This document shows positions 8,774-17,894 of a stretch of DNA of 64,000 nt, one piece after another (positions within the stretch are counted from its first letter, which is position 1; every line of letters starts with the position of its first letter). This DNA is from an uncultured bacterium (GTDB lineage Bacteria; Pseudomonadota; Gammaproteobacteria; Burkholderiales; SG8-39), in assembly GCA_965233185.1 (NCBI GenBank), contig CBDDSA010000199.1, positions 595-64,594 on the forward strand, given 5' to 3'. Both the position numbers and the translations under genes were made by a program. The notes under the pieces are model-generated. The model had not been told where the DNA came from. It saw only the letters and a list, made by a program, of their open reading frames with translations, and did not search any database.

Positions 8774-9709
8774 TCAGGTCTTCTCGCATACCGCGGTCCA
8801 GATGCCGTCGACGAGCTCGATGTCCCGGACGAGCACCGCTCCGCGCTCGAGGAGGTCCTGGACCCTGGCCATGACCGCCTCGCGGCTCGGTCCGGAGACC
8901 AGGCGCTTGAAACCCAGCTCATGGACCGTCGCCGGGTTTGCCAGCTTGGGATTGTCGACGCTTGCCACCCATTTGCTTCCCACCTGCGCGACTGGCGAAA
9001 TGAGCTTGCAGCCCTGCAGGCGCAAAGCCTCGACCGCTTCCTGCACGCGCGAGCGGCTGTGGCCCGAGACGATGTAGTGCGTCCCGGCGTCAAAAATCTG
9101 CGCCGGGCCGGCATCGACGGGATCCGGGACGGGGCGGCGCTCGGTCTTGAGCCGGGCCTGAACTTCCTGCACCCGGCGCCCGACGCGCACCGCATCGGTG
9201 ACCGAATACAGCTCGTGCGCCCGCGCGTGCTTGTCGGTGCGCGACGCCTCGTGCCGGAAAAGCGCCGCATAGTCCGGCGACAGCAGCGAAACCACCTCGA
9301 AAAACGACCGGGAAACGAGCAGCTGGTCCTGCGCGGCGAAGCTCATTACGCGCTCGGCGGCGTTGATGCCGTCGCCGATGACGTTGTCCAGGCCGTTGAT
9401 ATCCTTCATCAGCGAGACCGGTCCCAGGTTGAGTCCCATGCGCACCGGCACCTCGCCCACGGCGTCGAGCACGGCGAGCGCCACGTACAGCGCGCCTTCG
9501 GGGTCGCCCAGGAAGGTGACCGCCGCGCCGTCGCCGGTGTCTACGACCACGCGCTCGCGCGGCGGCACCTGTTCCAGCGCATTGCTCAGTACGTGGTTGA
9601 ACGCCCGCTTGATACGAACCTGCTCGGTAACGCCCTTTTTCGAATAGCCCACGATGTCGATGAAAAGGACGCTGCAGACCAGCGTGCGGTTCGCCGTTTC
9701 GGCGCTCAT
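8774..9709 (-). CDS. Class III adenylate/guanylate cyclase domain protein with an uncharacterised duplicated C-terminal module
   Basis: 311 aa. Cyclase-homology motifs are LFIDIVGYS, VVVDTGDGAAVTF and IGDGINAAERV. Residues 205-252 and 262-309 are a tandem repeat. The ATG overlaps the ffh stop (ATGA). Confidence 0.75.
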   Translation of the reverse strand: MSAETANRTLVCSVLFIDIVGYSKKGVTEQVRIKRAFNHVLSNALEQVPPRERVVVDTGDGAAVTFLGDPEGALYVALAVLDAVGEVPVRMGLNLGPVSLMKDINGLDNVIGDGINAAERVMSFAAQDQLLVSRSFFEVVSLLSPDYAALFRHEASRTDKHARAHELYSVTDAVRVGRRVQEVQARLKTERRPVPDPVDAGPAQIFDAGTHYIVSGHSRSRVQEAVEALRLQGCKLISPVAQVGSKWVASVDNPKLANPATVHELGFKRLVSGPSREAVMARVQDLLERGAVLVRDIELVDGIWTAVCEKT

Positions 9710-11055
9710 CTCATTCCCGGAAGCATGCCTTTCATGCCGCGCATCATGCGCTGCAGGTTGCCGCCTTTCATCATTTTCATCATCTTTTGCATCTGCTCGA
9801 ACTGGTTGAGCAACTGGTTCACGGCCTGTACCGGGACGCCTGCGCCCGCGGCGATGCGGCGCTTGCGCGAGGCCTTGATCAGCTCCGGCTTGGCCCGCTC
9901 CTGCGGCGTCATGGCGTTGATGATTCCCTCGATGCGCCGGAACTGCTTGTCGTCCTGCAACTGGGCGGGATTGATCTGGCCGACCAGCTGCGCCGGCAGC
10001 TTGTCGATGAGCGAGGCGACCCCGCCCATCTTTTTCATCTGGCCGATCTGCTGCTTGAAATCCTCGAGGTCGAAGCCCTTGCCTTTCTTGACCTTGTCGG
10101 CGACGCGCTTCGCCTCGTCGAGGTCGATCTTGGCGTGCGCCTCCTCCACCAGCGACAGAATGTCGCCCATGCCGAGTATCCGCGCCGCCATGCGGTCGGG
10201 GTGGAAAGGCTCGATGCCGGAAAGCTTCTCCCCCACGCCGGCGAACTTGATCGGCTTGCCGGTGACATGGCGCACCGATAGCGCAGCGCCGCCGCGCGCA
10301 TCGCCGTCCAGCTTCGTAAGGATTACGCCGGTCAGCGGTAGGCGCTCGTTGAATGCCCGCGCCACGTTCACCGCGTCCTGGCCCTGCATCGCATCGACCA
10401 CGAAGAGGGTCTCGACGGGCATCACCGCAGCGTGCAGCTCGGCAATCTCGCGCATCATTTCCTCATCGACAGCCAGGCGGCCCGCGGTATCGACGATCAG
10501 CACGTCCTGGTAATGCGTCCTGGCATAGTCGACCGCGCGTTTCGCGATCTCGACGGGCTTCTCGCCCGCGCTCGACGGAATGAACTGCGCGCCTGCCTGC
10601 GCCGCCACCGTCTTCAGCTGCTCGATAGCCGCTGGCCGGTAAACGTCGGCCGACACCACGGCCACTTTCTTCTTCTCGCCAACGAGCAGGCGGGCCAGCT
10701 TGCCGGTAGTCGTGGTTTTGCCCGAGCCCTGCAGTCCGGCCATGAGGATCACGGCCGGCGGCTGTGCGGCGAGGTCCAGGCCAACAATCGCCTCGCCCAT
10801 CAGGCGGGTCAGCTCGCGATGCACGACACCTACCAGCGCCTGGCCGGGGGTGAGGCTGCCGACCACTTCCTCGCCAAGCGCCTCGGCGCGCACGGCGTCG
10901 GTAAAGTGCTTGACCACCGGCAAGGCGACGTCCGCTTCGAGCAGGGCAACGCGCACTTCACGCAGCGCGTCCTGGATATTGGCTTCGGTCAGGCGCGCCT
11001 CGCCGCGGATCGTCTTGACGATCTTGGTGAGCCGAGCGGTCAGGTTGTCGAGCAT
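9706..11055 (-). CDS. ffh: Signal recognition particle protein (SRP54)
   Basis: ORF trimmed to the ATG at 11055 (MLDNLTARLTKIVKTIRGEARLTE...GLQGSGKTTT...DTAGRL...). It has a Met-rich C-terminal M domain. Confidence 0.96.
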   Translation of the reverse strand: MLDNLTARLTKIVKTIRGEARLTEANIQDALREVRVALLEADVALPVVKHFTDAVRAEALGEEVVGSLTPGQALVGVVHRELTRLMGEAIVGLDLAAQPPAVILMAGLQGSGKTTTTGKLARLLVGEKKKVAVVSADVYRPAAIEQLKTVAAQAGAQFIPSSAGEKPVEIAKRAVDYARTHYQDVLIVDTAGRLAVDEEMMREIAELHAAVMPVETLFVVDAMQGQDAVNVARAFNERLPLTGVILTKLDGDARGGAALSVRHVTGKPIKFAGVGEKLSGIEPFHPDRMAARILGMGDILSLVEEAHAKIDLDEAKRVADKVKKGKGFDLEDFKQQIGQMKKMGGVASLIDKLPAQLVGQINPAQLQDDKQFRRIEGIINAMTPQERAKPELIKASRKRRIAAGAGVPVQAVNQLLNQFEQMQKMMKMMKGGNLQRMMRGMKGMLPGMR

Positions 11056-11074
11056 CGGGTGATAAACTGAAAAG

Positions 11075-11887
11075 GTGCCCCCCATTGTAATTCACGGCAT
11101 CGCCTCGGCCATGTACGTGGGGCTGGCGTGGCATTTCTGGCATACGCGCTGGCAGCCCGGCGGCGCGAAAGGCCTGCTGGCCTGGGAAAGGGCTGCCCTG
11201 CTGCTGCCGCTTGCGCTGCACGGCTGGCTGCTCTACGAGGGCATTTTCTCGCGCGAGCTGCGCTTTGGCTTTGCGCAGGCGCTGTCGGTGATGATGTTCC
11301 TCGGCATCGCCCTCTACTGGTTCGAAAGCCTGTTTTACAGCCTGGAGGGCATGCAGCCGCTGCTCCTGCCGCTGGCTGCGGCGGCCGTACCCCTGCCGGC
11401 GCTTTTCCCGGGCCTCGCGTCGAGCGCCGCGCATGCACAAGCGGCGGAATTCAAGCTGCACCTCGCGCTCGCCATGGTGGCCTACAGCTTGTTCGTCATC
11501 GCCCTGCTGCACGCGACGCTGATGGCCGTAGTCGAACGCCGCCTGCATCAGAAGGAGCCGGGGGTGTTCGGCAACCTGCCCCCCCTGCTAACGCTCGAGC
11601 AATTGCTGTTTCGCGTGATCGGCGCGGCCTTTCTCTTTCTGACGCTGACGCTGGTGACCGGCATCGCGTTTTCCGAAGAGCTTTTCGGCCGGGCGCTGCC
11701 CCTGGACCACAAGACTGTATTTGCAGTCCTGTCCTGGCTGACCTTCGGCCTGCTCCTCGCGGGGCGCTGGCTCTACGGCTGGCGCGGGCGCACGGCGCTG
11801 CGCTGGACGCTGACGGGCTTCCTCATGCTCCTATTCGCCTATGTGGGCAGCCGGTTCGTGCTCGAAGTCCTACTTCATCGCAACTGA
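11075..11887 (+). CDS. Cytochrome c assembly family inner-membrane protein (YpjD/CcsA-like)
   Basis: 270 aa, polytopic and hydrophobic, divergent from ffh as in E. coli (ffh-ypjD-yfjD synteny). The GTG start at 11075 leaves only 19 nt to ffh, so the true start may be the ATG at 11111. Confidence 0.75.
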   Translation: MPPIVIHGIASAMYVGLAWHFWHTRWQPGGAKGLLAWERAALLLPLALHGWLLYEGIFSRELRFGFAQALSVMMFLGIALYWFESLFYSLEGMQPLLLPLAAAAVPLPALFPGLASSAAHAQAAEFKLHLALAMVAYSLFVIALLHATLMAVVERRLHQKEPGVFGNLPPLLTLEQLLFRVIGAAFLFLTLTLVTGIAFSEELFGRALPLDHKTVFAVLSWLTFGLLLAGRWLYGWRGRTALRWTLTGFLMLLFAYVGSRFVLEVLLHRN

Positions 11888-11925
11888 CGCATCGCAATCG
11901 AAATTGCGCCACGCGAGGTAACCGC

Positions 11926-13248
11926 ATGGAAATCCTGATTCTGGGCAGCCTTATCGTGCTGAACGGCCTGTTCGCCATGTCGGAGGTCGCGCTGCTCACG
12001 GCGCGCCAGCCGCGGCTGTCTACCCTCGCTCACCAGGGCGATCGCCTGGCGGCCGCGGCGATCCAGCTCGCGGGCCATCCCACGCGCTTTCTTTCCACCA
12101 TTCAGATCGGCATCACCTCGATCGGGCTGCTGAACGGCATTTTCGGAGAGGCACTCCTGGCCGGCCCGCTCGCCACGTGGCTGCAAGGCCTGGGGTTCGA
12201 GCGCAAGACCAGCAGCATCGTTGCCACCACCGTGGTGGTGATCGGGGTGACCTATGCGTCCATCGTCGTCGGCGAGCTGGTGCCGAAGCGTCTGGGCCAG
12301 CTCAACGCCGAGGGCATCGCGCGACTGGTCGCGTGGCCGATGCGCGCGCTCGCCTTCGCATCGGCGCCGTTCGTGCACCTCTTGTCCGGTTCCACCGATG
12401 TGATCCTGCGGCCGTTGCTGCGCCTTTTCCGCCTGCGCACAGCGGAGGCCGGCGCGCAGCCCATGTCGCCGGAGGAGATACGCACCATCGTGCTCGAATC
12501 GTCCAATTTCATGCCCAAGAAACACGTGTCCATCCTGCTCAACCTGTTCGACCTGGGCCACGTGACGGTACAGGACATCATGGTGCCGCGCGCGAGGGTG
12601 GAATCGGTGATCCTCGAGGAAGGAATGGAAACCGTCTCGCACAAGCTGGCAACCAGCTACCACATGCGGTTGCCGGTGTTCCGCGACCGGGAAGGCGAAC
12701 TCGCCGGGGTGCTTCATCTGAGGCGCATCCTTGGCGCGCTTCACGCGGGCACCCTGGACGAGCAGGCCATCATGGAGGTCCTGGACGAGCCCTATTTCGT
12801 CCCGGCCACTACCAGCCTGCTTGCCCAGCTGCAGTACTTCCAGGAAAACAAGGAGCGCATTGCGCTGGTGGTCGATGAATACGGCGAGCTCATGGGGCTC
12901 GTGACCCTCGAAGACATCATCGAGGAAATTATCGGCAAGTTCACCACCTCGCTGCCTTCGGCCGCTCCCACCCTGGTCTGGGACGAGCGCGGCACCGCGA
13001 CCGCGGAAGGCATCACCCCGGTGCGGGAGGTCAACCGGGCGCTGGGCCTCTCATTGCCTACGGACGGGCCGAAGACGCTGAACGGGCTGATCGTGGAGCA
13101 CCTGCGCGACATCCCGGAGGCGGACGTCTCCATCAAGATCAATCACGTGCCGATGGAAATCGTCCATGCGCAGGGCCGGACGGTCAAAACCGTGCGCATT
13201 TTTCGACCCGCTGAACCGGTAGAAAGTGCAGAAGTGTCAGAAGCTTAG
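11926..13248 (+). CDS. CNNM/DUF21-CBS-CorC family membrane protein (hemolysin-like, YfjD/CorB type)
   Basis: ATG at 11926 (MEILILGSLIVLNGLFAMSEVALL...). It has a CBS pair (VQDIMVPRARV...) and a CorC_HlyC C-terminus (DEYGELMGLVTLEDIIEEIIG). Confidence 0.9.
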   Translation: MEILILGSLIVLNGLFAMSEVALLTARQPRLSTLAHQGDRLAAAAIQLAGHPTRFLSTIQIGITSIGLLNGIFGEALLAGPLATWLQGLGFERKTSSIVATTVVVIGVTYASIVVGELVPKRLGQLNAEGIARLVAWPMRALAFASAPFVHLLSGSTDVILRPLLRLFRLRTAEAGAQPMSPEEIRTIVLESSNFMPKKHVSILLNLFDLGHVTVQDIMVPRARVESVILEEGMETVSHKLATSYHMRLPVFRDREGELAGVLHLRRILGALHAGTLDEQAIMEVLDEPYFVPATTSLLAQLQYFQENKERIALVVDEYGELMGLVTLEDIIEEIIGKFTTSLPSAAPTLVWDERGTATAEGITPVREVNRALGLSLPTDGPKTLNGLIVEHLRDIPEADVSIKINHVPMEIVHAQGRTVKTVRIFRPAEPVESAEVSEA

Positions 13249-13326
13249 ACGGGGTATTTAACCCTTCACAAAAGGCGCCTGCAGCGCTATGCTGCGCCCC
13301 GGGGCTAAGAAACCCAGGGAGTCAGG

Positions 13327-14547
13327 ATGGCGACCGCAGCGGCAGCGAAGGGGCCCAAGGAAATTATTTTCACTTGGGAGGGTAAGGACAAGGCCGGAAA
13401 AATAATCCGCGGCGAGATGCGCGCCGGCGGCGAAGCCGTGGTCAATGCGACGCTGCGCCGCCAGGGCATCTTCGTCACCAAGGTGAGAAAGCAGCGCACC
13501 GGCCGCGGCGGCAGGGTACGGGCGAAGGACATCGCGCTTTTTACGCGCCAGCTGGCGACGATGATGAAGGCCGGTGTGCCGCTGCTGCAGTCGTTCGAGA
13601 TCGTGAGCAAGGGCGCTCCCAACCCGGCCGTGCAGAAGCTGCTTTCCGAGATCAAGACGGACGTTGAGACGGGCTCCGCGCTGGCGGCCGCATTCCGCAA
13701 GTATCCGCTGCATTTCGATGCCCTGTTCTGCAACCTGGTCGCTGCCGGCGAGCAGGCCGGAATTCTGGAAACGCTGCTCGACCGCCTCGCGACATACAAG
13801 GAAAAGATCCTCGCCATCCAGTCGAAGATCAAGTCGGCGCTGTTCTATCCCATCGCCATCATCGCCGTGGCCTTCATCATCACTGCAGTGATCATGATTT
13901 TCGTGATACCGGCGTTCAAGCAGGTGTTCACCAGCTTCGGCGCTGACCTGCCGGCGCCGACCCTCATGGTCATGGCGATATCGGACTGGTTCGTGGCTTA
14001 TTGGTACATCATATTTCCGGTGATCGGAGGAGCGATTTACGGCTTCCTCGAGGCCTGGAAACGCTCGCTGCCGGTGCAGATCTTCATGGATCGGCTGATG
14101 CTCAGGGTCCCGGTGTTTGGCGACCTGGTGAGGAAATCATCCATAGCCCGCTGGACACGCACGTTGGCCACCATGTTTGCCGCCGGCGTGCCGCTGGTCG
14201 AGGCGCTCGAATCGGTTGGCGGGGCGGCCGGCAACTACGTCTACCTGCAGGCGACGCGCCAGATCCAGACCGAGGTTTCGACGGGCACGTCGCTCACCGT
14301 TGCGATGCAAAACGCCAATGTTTTTCCCTCGATGGTCCTGCAGATGTGTGCGATCGGGGAAGAGACCGGCGCGCTGGACAGCATGCTGGGAAAGGTGGCC
14401 GACTTCTATGAGCAGGAGGTCGACGACGCGGTCGAAGCGCTGTCGTCGCTCATGGAGCCTATGATCATGGTGGTTCTGGGCACGTTGATCGGCGGCATGG
14501 TGATTGCCATGTACCTGCCGATCTTCAAGCTCGGCCAGGCCGTCTAG
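13327..14547 (+). CDS. pilC: Type IV pilus assembly platform protein PilC (GspF family)
   Basis: 406 aa with two GspF repeats (LATMMKAGVPLLQSFE... / LATMFAAGVPLVEALE...). It is followed by pilD. Confidence 0.93.
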   Translation: MATAAAAKGPKEIIFTWEGKDKAGKIIRGEMRAGGEAVVNATLRRQGIFVTKVRKQRTGRGGRVRAKDIALFTRQLATMMKAGVPLLQSFEIVSKGAPNPAVQKLLSEIKTDVETGSALAAAFRKYPLHFDALFCNLVAAGEQAGILETLLDRLATYKEKILAIQSKIKSALFYPIAIIAVAFIITAVIMIFVIPAFKQVFTSFGADLPAPTLMVMAISDWFVAYWYIIFPVIGGAIYGFLEAWKRSLPVQIFMDRLMLRVPVFGDLVRKSSIARWTRTLATMFAAGVPLVEALESVGGAAGNYVYLQATRQIQTEVSTGTSLTVAMQNANVFPSMVLQMCAIGEETGALDSMLGKVADFYEQEVDDAVEALSSLMEPMIMVVLGTLIGGMVIAMYLPIFKLGQAV

Positions 14548-14550
14548 CCC

Positions 14551-15420
14551 ATGTCGTCGTTCGGCTGGCTCGCTCAGCCAGCCGTTCTACCCTGGGTGGC
14601 GCTGTTGGCGGGCTTATGCATCGGCTCCTTCTTGAACGTCGTCATCCACCGGCTGCCGCGCATGATGGAGCGCGAGTGGCAGGCGCAGTGCGCCGAGCTG
14701 GCCGGCCAGGCGCCCGCACCGCAGGAGCATTACAGCCTGGTCACGCCGCGCTCCGCCTGCCCCGCTTGCGGCCACCGCATATCGGCCTGGCAGAACGTCC
14801 CCGTGATCAGCTGGCTTTTTCTTCGCGGCAAGTGTTCCGCCTGCCACGCCGCAATCAGCGTCAAATACCCTCTGGTGGAAATGCTCTCCGGCGCCGGGGC
14901 AGCCTACGCGGCCTGGCGCTTCGGATTCGGCGCCGCGGCGCTCGGCGCGGCGCTGTTCGTGTGGTTCACGATCGCACTCGCCTTCATCGACCAGGAGACC
15001 GGCTACCTGCCCGACGACCTGACGCTGCCCCTGGTATGGCTGGGCCTCATCGTCAACCTGAACGGTGCTTTCGTGCCGTTACGCGACGCTGTGATAGGTG
15101 CGGTGGCGGCCTACCTTTTCCTGTGGACCATCAACGCCGCGTTCAAAGCGCTGCGCGGAATGGATGGCATGGGGTACGGCGATTTCAAGCTCTACGCGGC
15201 GGTGGGCGCCTTCCTGGGATGGAAGCTCCTGCCGCTGGTCATCCTGCTGTCCTCTCTGGTCGGGCTGGTGTTCGGCACGCTGCAGATGTTTTCAGCGCGG
15301 CGCGGCTGGGATTGGAAGTTCAAGTTCCATTTCGGCCCCTACCTGGCCCTTGCGGGCATCATCGCCATGTTCTGGGGGTCCGCGCTGATGCAGCGTTTTC
15401 CAGCACTGCGCTTCGCGTGA
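14551..15420 (+). CDS. pilD: Prepilin peptidase / N-methyltransferase
   Basis: 289 aa. It has the N-terminal CPACGH...CSACH cysteine box and a polytopic A24 peptidase body (GYGDFKL). Confidence 0.93.
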   Translation: MSSFGWLAQPAVLPWVALLAGLCIGSFLNVVIHRLPRMMEREWQAQCAELAGQAPAPQEHYSLVTPRSACPACGHRISAWQNVPVISWLFLRGKCSACHAAISVKYPLVEMLSGAGAAYAAWRFGFGAAALGAALFVWFTIALAFIDQETGYLPDDLTLPLVWLGLIVNLNGAFVPLRDAVIGAVAAYLFLWTINAAFKALRGMDGMGYGDFKLYAAVGAFLGWKLLPLVILLSSLVGLVFGTLQMFSARRGWDWKFKFHFGPYLALAGIIAMFWGSALMQRFPALRFA

Positions 15421-16028
15421 AGCTGGTAGTCGGCCTCACCGGTGGCATTGGCAGTGGAAAGAGCGCGGCCGCGAACGAGTTTGCGCGGCTTGGTGCCACC
15501 ATAGTGGACACCGACGTCATCGCCCATGAGCTGACGCGCGCAGGCGGCCGGGCCATTGCGGGAGTGAAAAGGATCTTTGGCGAAGAGGCGCTCGAACCGT
15601 CTGGAGCAATGGACCGCGACAGCATGCGCGCGCGCGTGTTCGCCGACCCCGCGGCGAGAAAGTCGCTCGAGGCGCTGCTGCATCCGATGATCAGGGAGGA
15701 GTCGCGCCGGCGCATCGAAGCGGCGCCGGGGCCTTATGTGGTTCACGTGGTCCCACTGCTCATCGAGTCTCCCGATTACCGCATGCGCGTCGATCGCGTG
15801 CTCGTGGTCGATTGCCCGGAGGACGTCCAGCTGGCGCGCGTGCAGGCGCGAAGCGCCATGCCCGAGGCGCAGGCGCGCGCTATCATTGCGAGCCAGACAT
15901 CCCGCGCCGACCGGCTGGCAGCCGCGGACGATGTAATCGACAACTCCGGCTCCCTGGATGGCCTGCACCGGCAGGTGGCCGCCTTGCACCGCACGTACCT
16001 GGACTACAGCGCACGTTCCCCCGACTGA
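15417..16028 (+). CDS. coaE: Dephospho-CoA kinase
   Basis: The GTG at 15417 overlaps the pilD stop (GTGA). VKLVVGLTGGIGSGKSAAANEF... is the P-loop. Confidence 0.92.
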   Translation: MKLVVGLTGGIGSGKSAAANEFARLGATIVDTDVIAHELTRAGGRAIAGVKRIFGEEALEPSGAMDRDSMRARVFADPAARKSLEALLHPMIREESRRRIEAAPGPYVVHVVPLLIESPDYRMRVDRVLVVDCPEDVQLARVQARSAMPEAQARAIIASQTSRADRLAAADDVIDNSGSLDGLHRQVAALHRTYLDYSARSPD

Positions 16029-16070
16029 GTTGTGCTGCAACGTTAAATCGCTCAGAATCCGCAAAGCTTA

Positions 16071-16829
16071 GTGATCACCTACGAATATCCGCTCAACGAG
16101 CGCATCCGCACGCTGCTGCGCCTCGAGGACCTATTCGAGCGCTCGCGGCACTTTATCGCCCGCACCGATCAGCATGACCATCACATGGCGTTGCTCACGT
16201 TGTTCGAGATCCTCGAGGTAGCGAGCCGCGCCGATCTGAAATCCGACCTGCTGCAGGAGCTTGAGCGGCAGAAGCAGGTGCTGGTTTCATTCAAGAACAA
16301 TCCCGAAATCGCCGAGGAGGCGCTGAACGGAGTGCTGCGGGACATCGAGCAGGCGGCGCAGGCGCTGTTCTCCATGACCGGAAAGATAGGTCAGTACCTG
16401 CGGGAGAACGACTGGCTGATGTCGATCAAGCAGCGCACCGGAATCCCGGGCGGGGCATGCGAGTTCGACCTGCCCTCCTACCACTACTGGCTGCACCGGC
16501 CGGCCGAAGAGCGGACCGGGCAACTCGCCGCGTGGACCGGCCCGTTGCACCCGCTGCGAGACGGCTCGGCCATCATCCTGCGCATCCTGCGTGAGTCCGG
16601 CAAGCCGCAGGCGCTTGCCGCCCAGCAAGGGATGTTCCAGCAGATGCTCGGTGGGAAGACGGCGCAGATGCTGCGTCTGCGGCTAGACCACGAGCAGCCG
16701 TGCGTGCCGGAAATCAGCGCCAACAAGTATGTTCTCAACATCCGCTTCATCGCCCAGAACGCAGAGGATCCGCGACCGCGCACCGCCGACTGGGACGTCG
16801 ATTTCGAGCTCACGTTTTGCAATCTGTAA
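16071..16829 (+). CDS. zapD: Cell division protein ZapD
   Basis: 252 aa, (GTG) ITYEYPLNERIRTLLRLEDLF.... It sits in the conserved coaE-zapD-yacG context. Confidence 0.9.
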   Translation: MITYEYPLNERIRTLLRLEDLFERSRHFIARTDQHDHHMALLTLFEILEVASRADLKSDLLQELERQKQVLVSFKNNPEIAEEALNGVLRDIEQAAQALFSMTGKIGQYLRENDWLMSIKQRTGIPGGACEFDLPSYHYWLHRPAEERTGQLAAWTGPLHPLRDGSAIILRILRESGKPQALAAQQGMFQQMLGGKTAQMLRLRLDHEQPCVPEISANKYVLNIRFIAQNAEDPRPRTADWDVDFELTFCNL

Positions 16830-16834
16830 GGCAG

Positions 16835-17023
16835 GTGGCCTGCCCGCGCTGCGGGGCGATGGCGCCGTTTACGGCGCAGAATAAATGGCGGCCGTTCTGC
16901 AGCGAGCGCTGCAAGATGATCGACCTGGGCGCGTGGGCGACCGAGTCATACCGGGTTCCGGCCGAAGAAGACAACGACCTGGACGACGACGAACCCGCTA
17001 CGCCCAAGCCCCCCGAATCATAG
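16835..17023 (+). CDS. yacG: DNA gyrase inhibitor YacG (zinc finger)
   Basis: The GTG at 16835 gives VACPRCGAMAPFTAQNKWRPFCSERCKMIDLGAW. This carries the CxxC...CxxxC zinc finger and an acidic tail. Confidence 0.85.
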   Translation: MACPRCGAMAPFTAQNKWRPFCSERCKMIDLGAWATESYRVPAEEDNDLDDDEPATPKPPES

Positions 17024-17894
17024 CCAGCCCGTGGGCGCCGGCCTGCCAGGCGTCCTCCAGATCTGCGAGCGTCAGACCGCCGACCGCATAAACCGGTATG
17101 GCGGTGTCCTCGACAATGCGCTGAAAGCCCGTCCAGCCGAGCGGCATGGAGCCGCTTTTTTCCCGCACCGGTCCCACTACGGCGAAATCCAGCTCCAGAT
17201 GCATCGCGCGTTTCAACTCGTCACGCGTGTGGCAGGAGGCCGCGGCCAGCACGCCTTGCGGCCGGCTTTGCAGCTTCATCAGCTCAGCGGCCGTGAAATG
17301 AATGCCATCGGCATCCGGCAACGCCGCCTTCACCATCACCTTGCAATCGTATCTGCGCGCGCGGCCGATGGCTTGTTGGATGAATAGATCGCGTCCCTGG
17401 AAAGCCGGCTCCCGGATCTGCAGCAGCTTCAAGCCCTGCTCCAGTCGCCGCTGCAGCCGTTCCAGCATGACCGCGCTGCCCATCCGCGCCGCGTCGGTGA
17501 TCGCATACTCCGTTGGCAGCGCCAGCGACGCGAGCACGGGCGCGTTGGCCGGAAGCATCGGAGCCACGGCGCTGGTGCCCGCCTCCTGCCAAGCGATCGC
17601 CTGCTGTTCGCGTGGACGGGGCTCGCCGCGCCAGCGTGTGACCCGGAAAAATCTCAACCTCACGGTGGCATGAGGATAGGCATAAGTTCGCGTAATCCAT
17701 GGGTAGGCGGTTTCCACCTCCACGCCCAGCTCCTCGTGCAACTCACGCGCCAGCGCGGCATCGGGCTGTTCGCCAGGCTCCACTTTCCCGCCCGGAAACT
17801 CCCAATAGCCTTCGTAAACCTTGCCTTTCGGCCGCTGAGCCACGAGATAGGCGCCATCGCGCCGCTGCAGCACCGCAGCCGCGACTTCAACCAT
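16998..17894 (-). CDS. Nudix hydrolase (MutT-like) fused to a ThiE/TMP-synthase-like domain
   Basis: ATG at 17894 (MVEVAAAVL...). The Nudix box is GGKVEPGEQPDAALARELHEELGV. The C-terminal ~180 aa are TMP-TENI-like (...AVGGLTLADL...). It overlaps the yacG 3' end by 26 nt (convergent). Confidence 0.85.
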   Translation of the reverse strand: MVEVAAAVLQRRDGAYLVAQRPKGKVYEGYWEFPGGKVEPGEQPDAALARELHEELGVEVETAYPWITRTYAYPHATVRLRFFRVTRWRGEPRPREQQAIAWQEAGTSAVAPMLPANAPVLASLALPTEYAITDAARMGSAVMLERLQRRLEQGLKLLQIREPAFQGRDLFIQQAIGRARRYDCKVMVKAALPDADGIHFTAAELMKLQSRPQGVLAAASCHTRDELKRAMHLELDFAVVGPVREKSGSMPLGWTGFQRIVEDTAIPVYAVGGLTLADLEDAWQAGAHGLAMIRGAWA

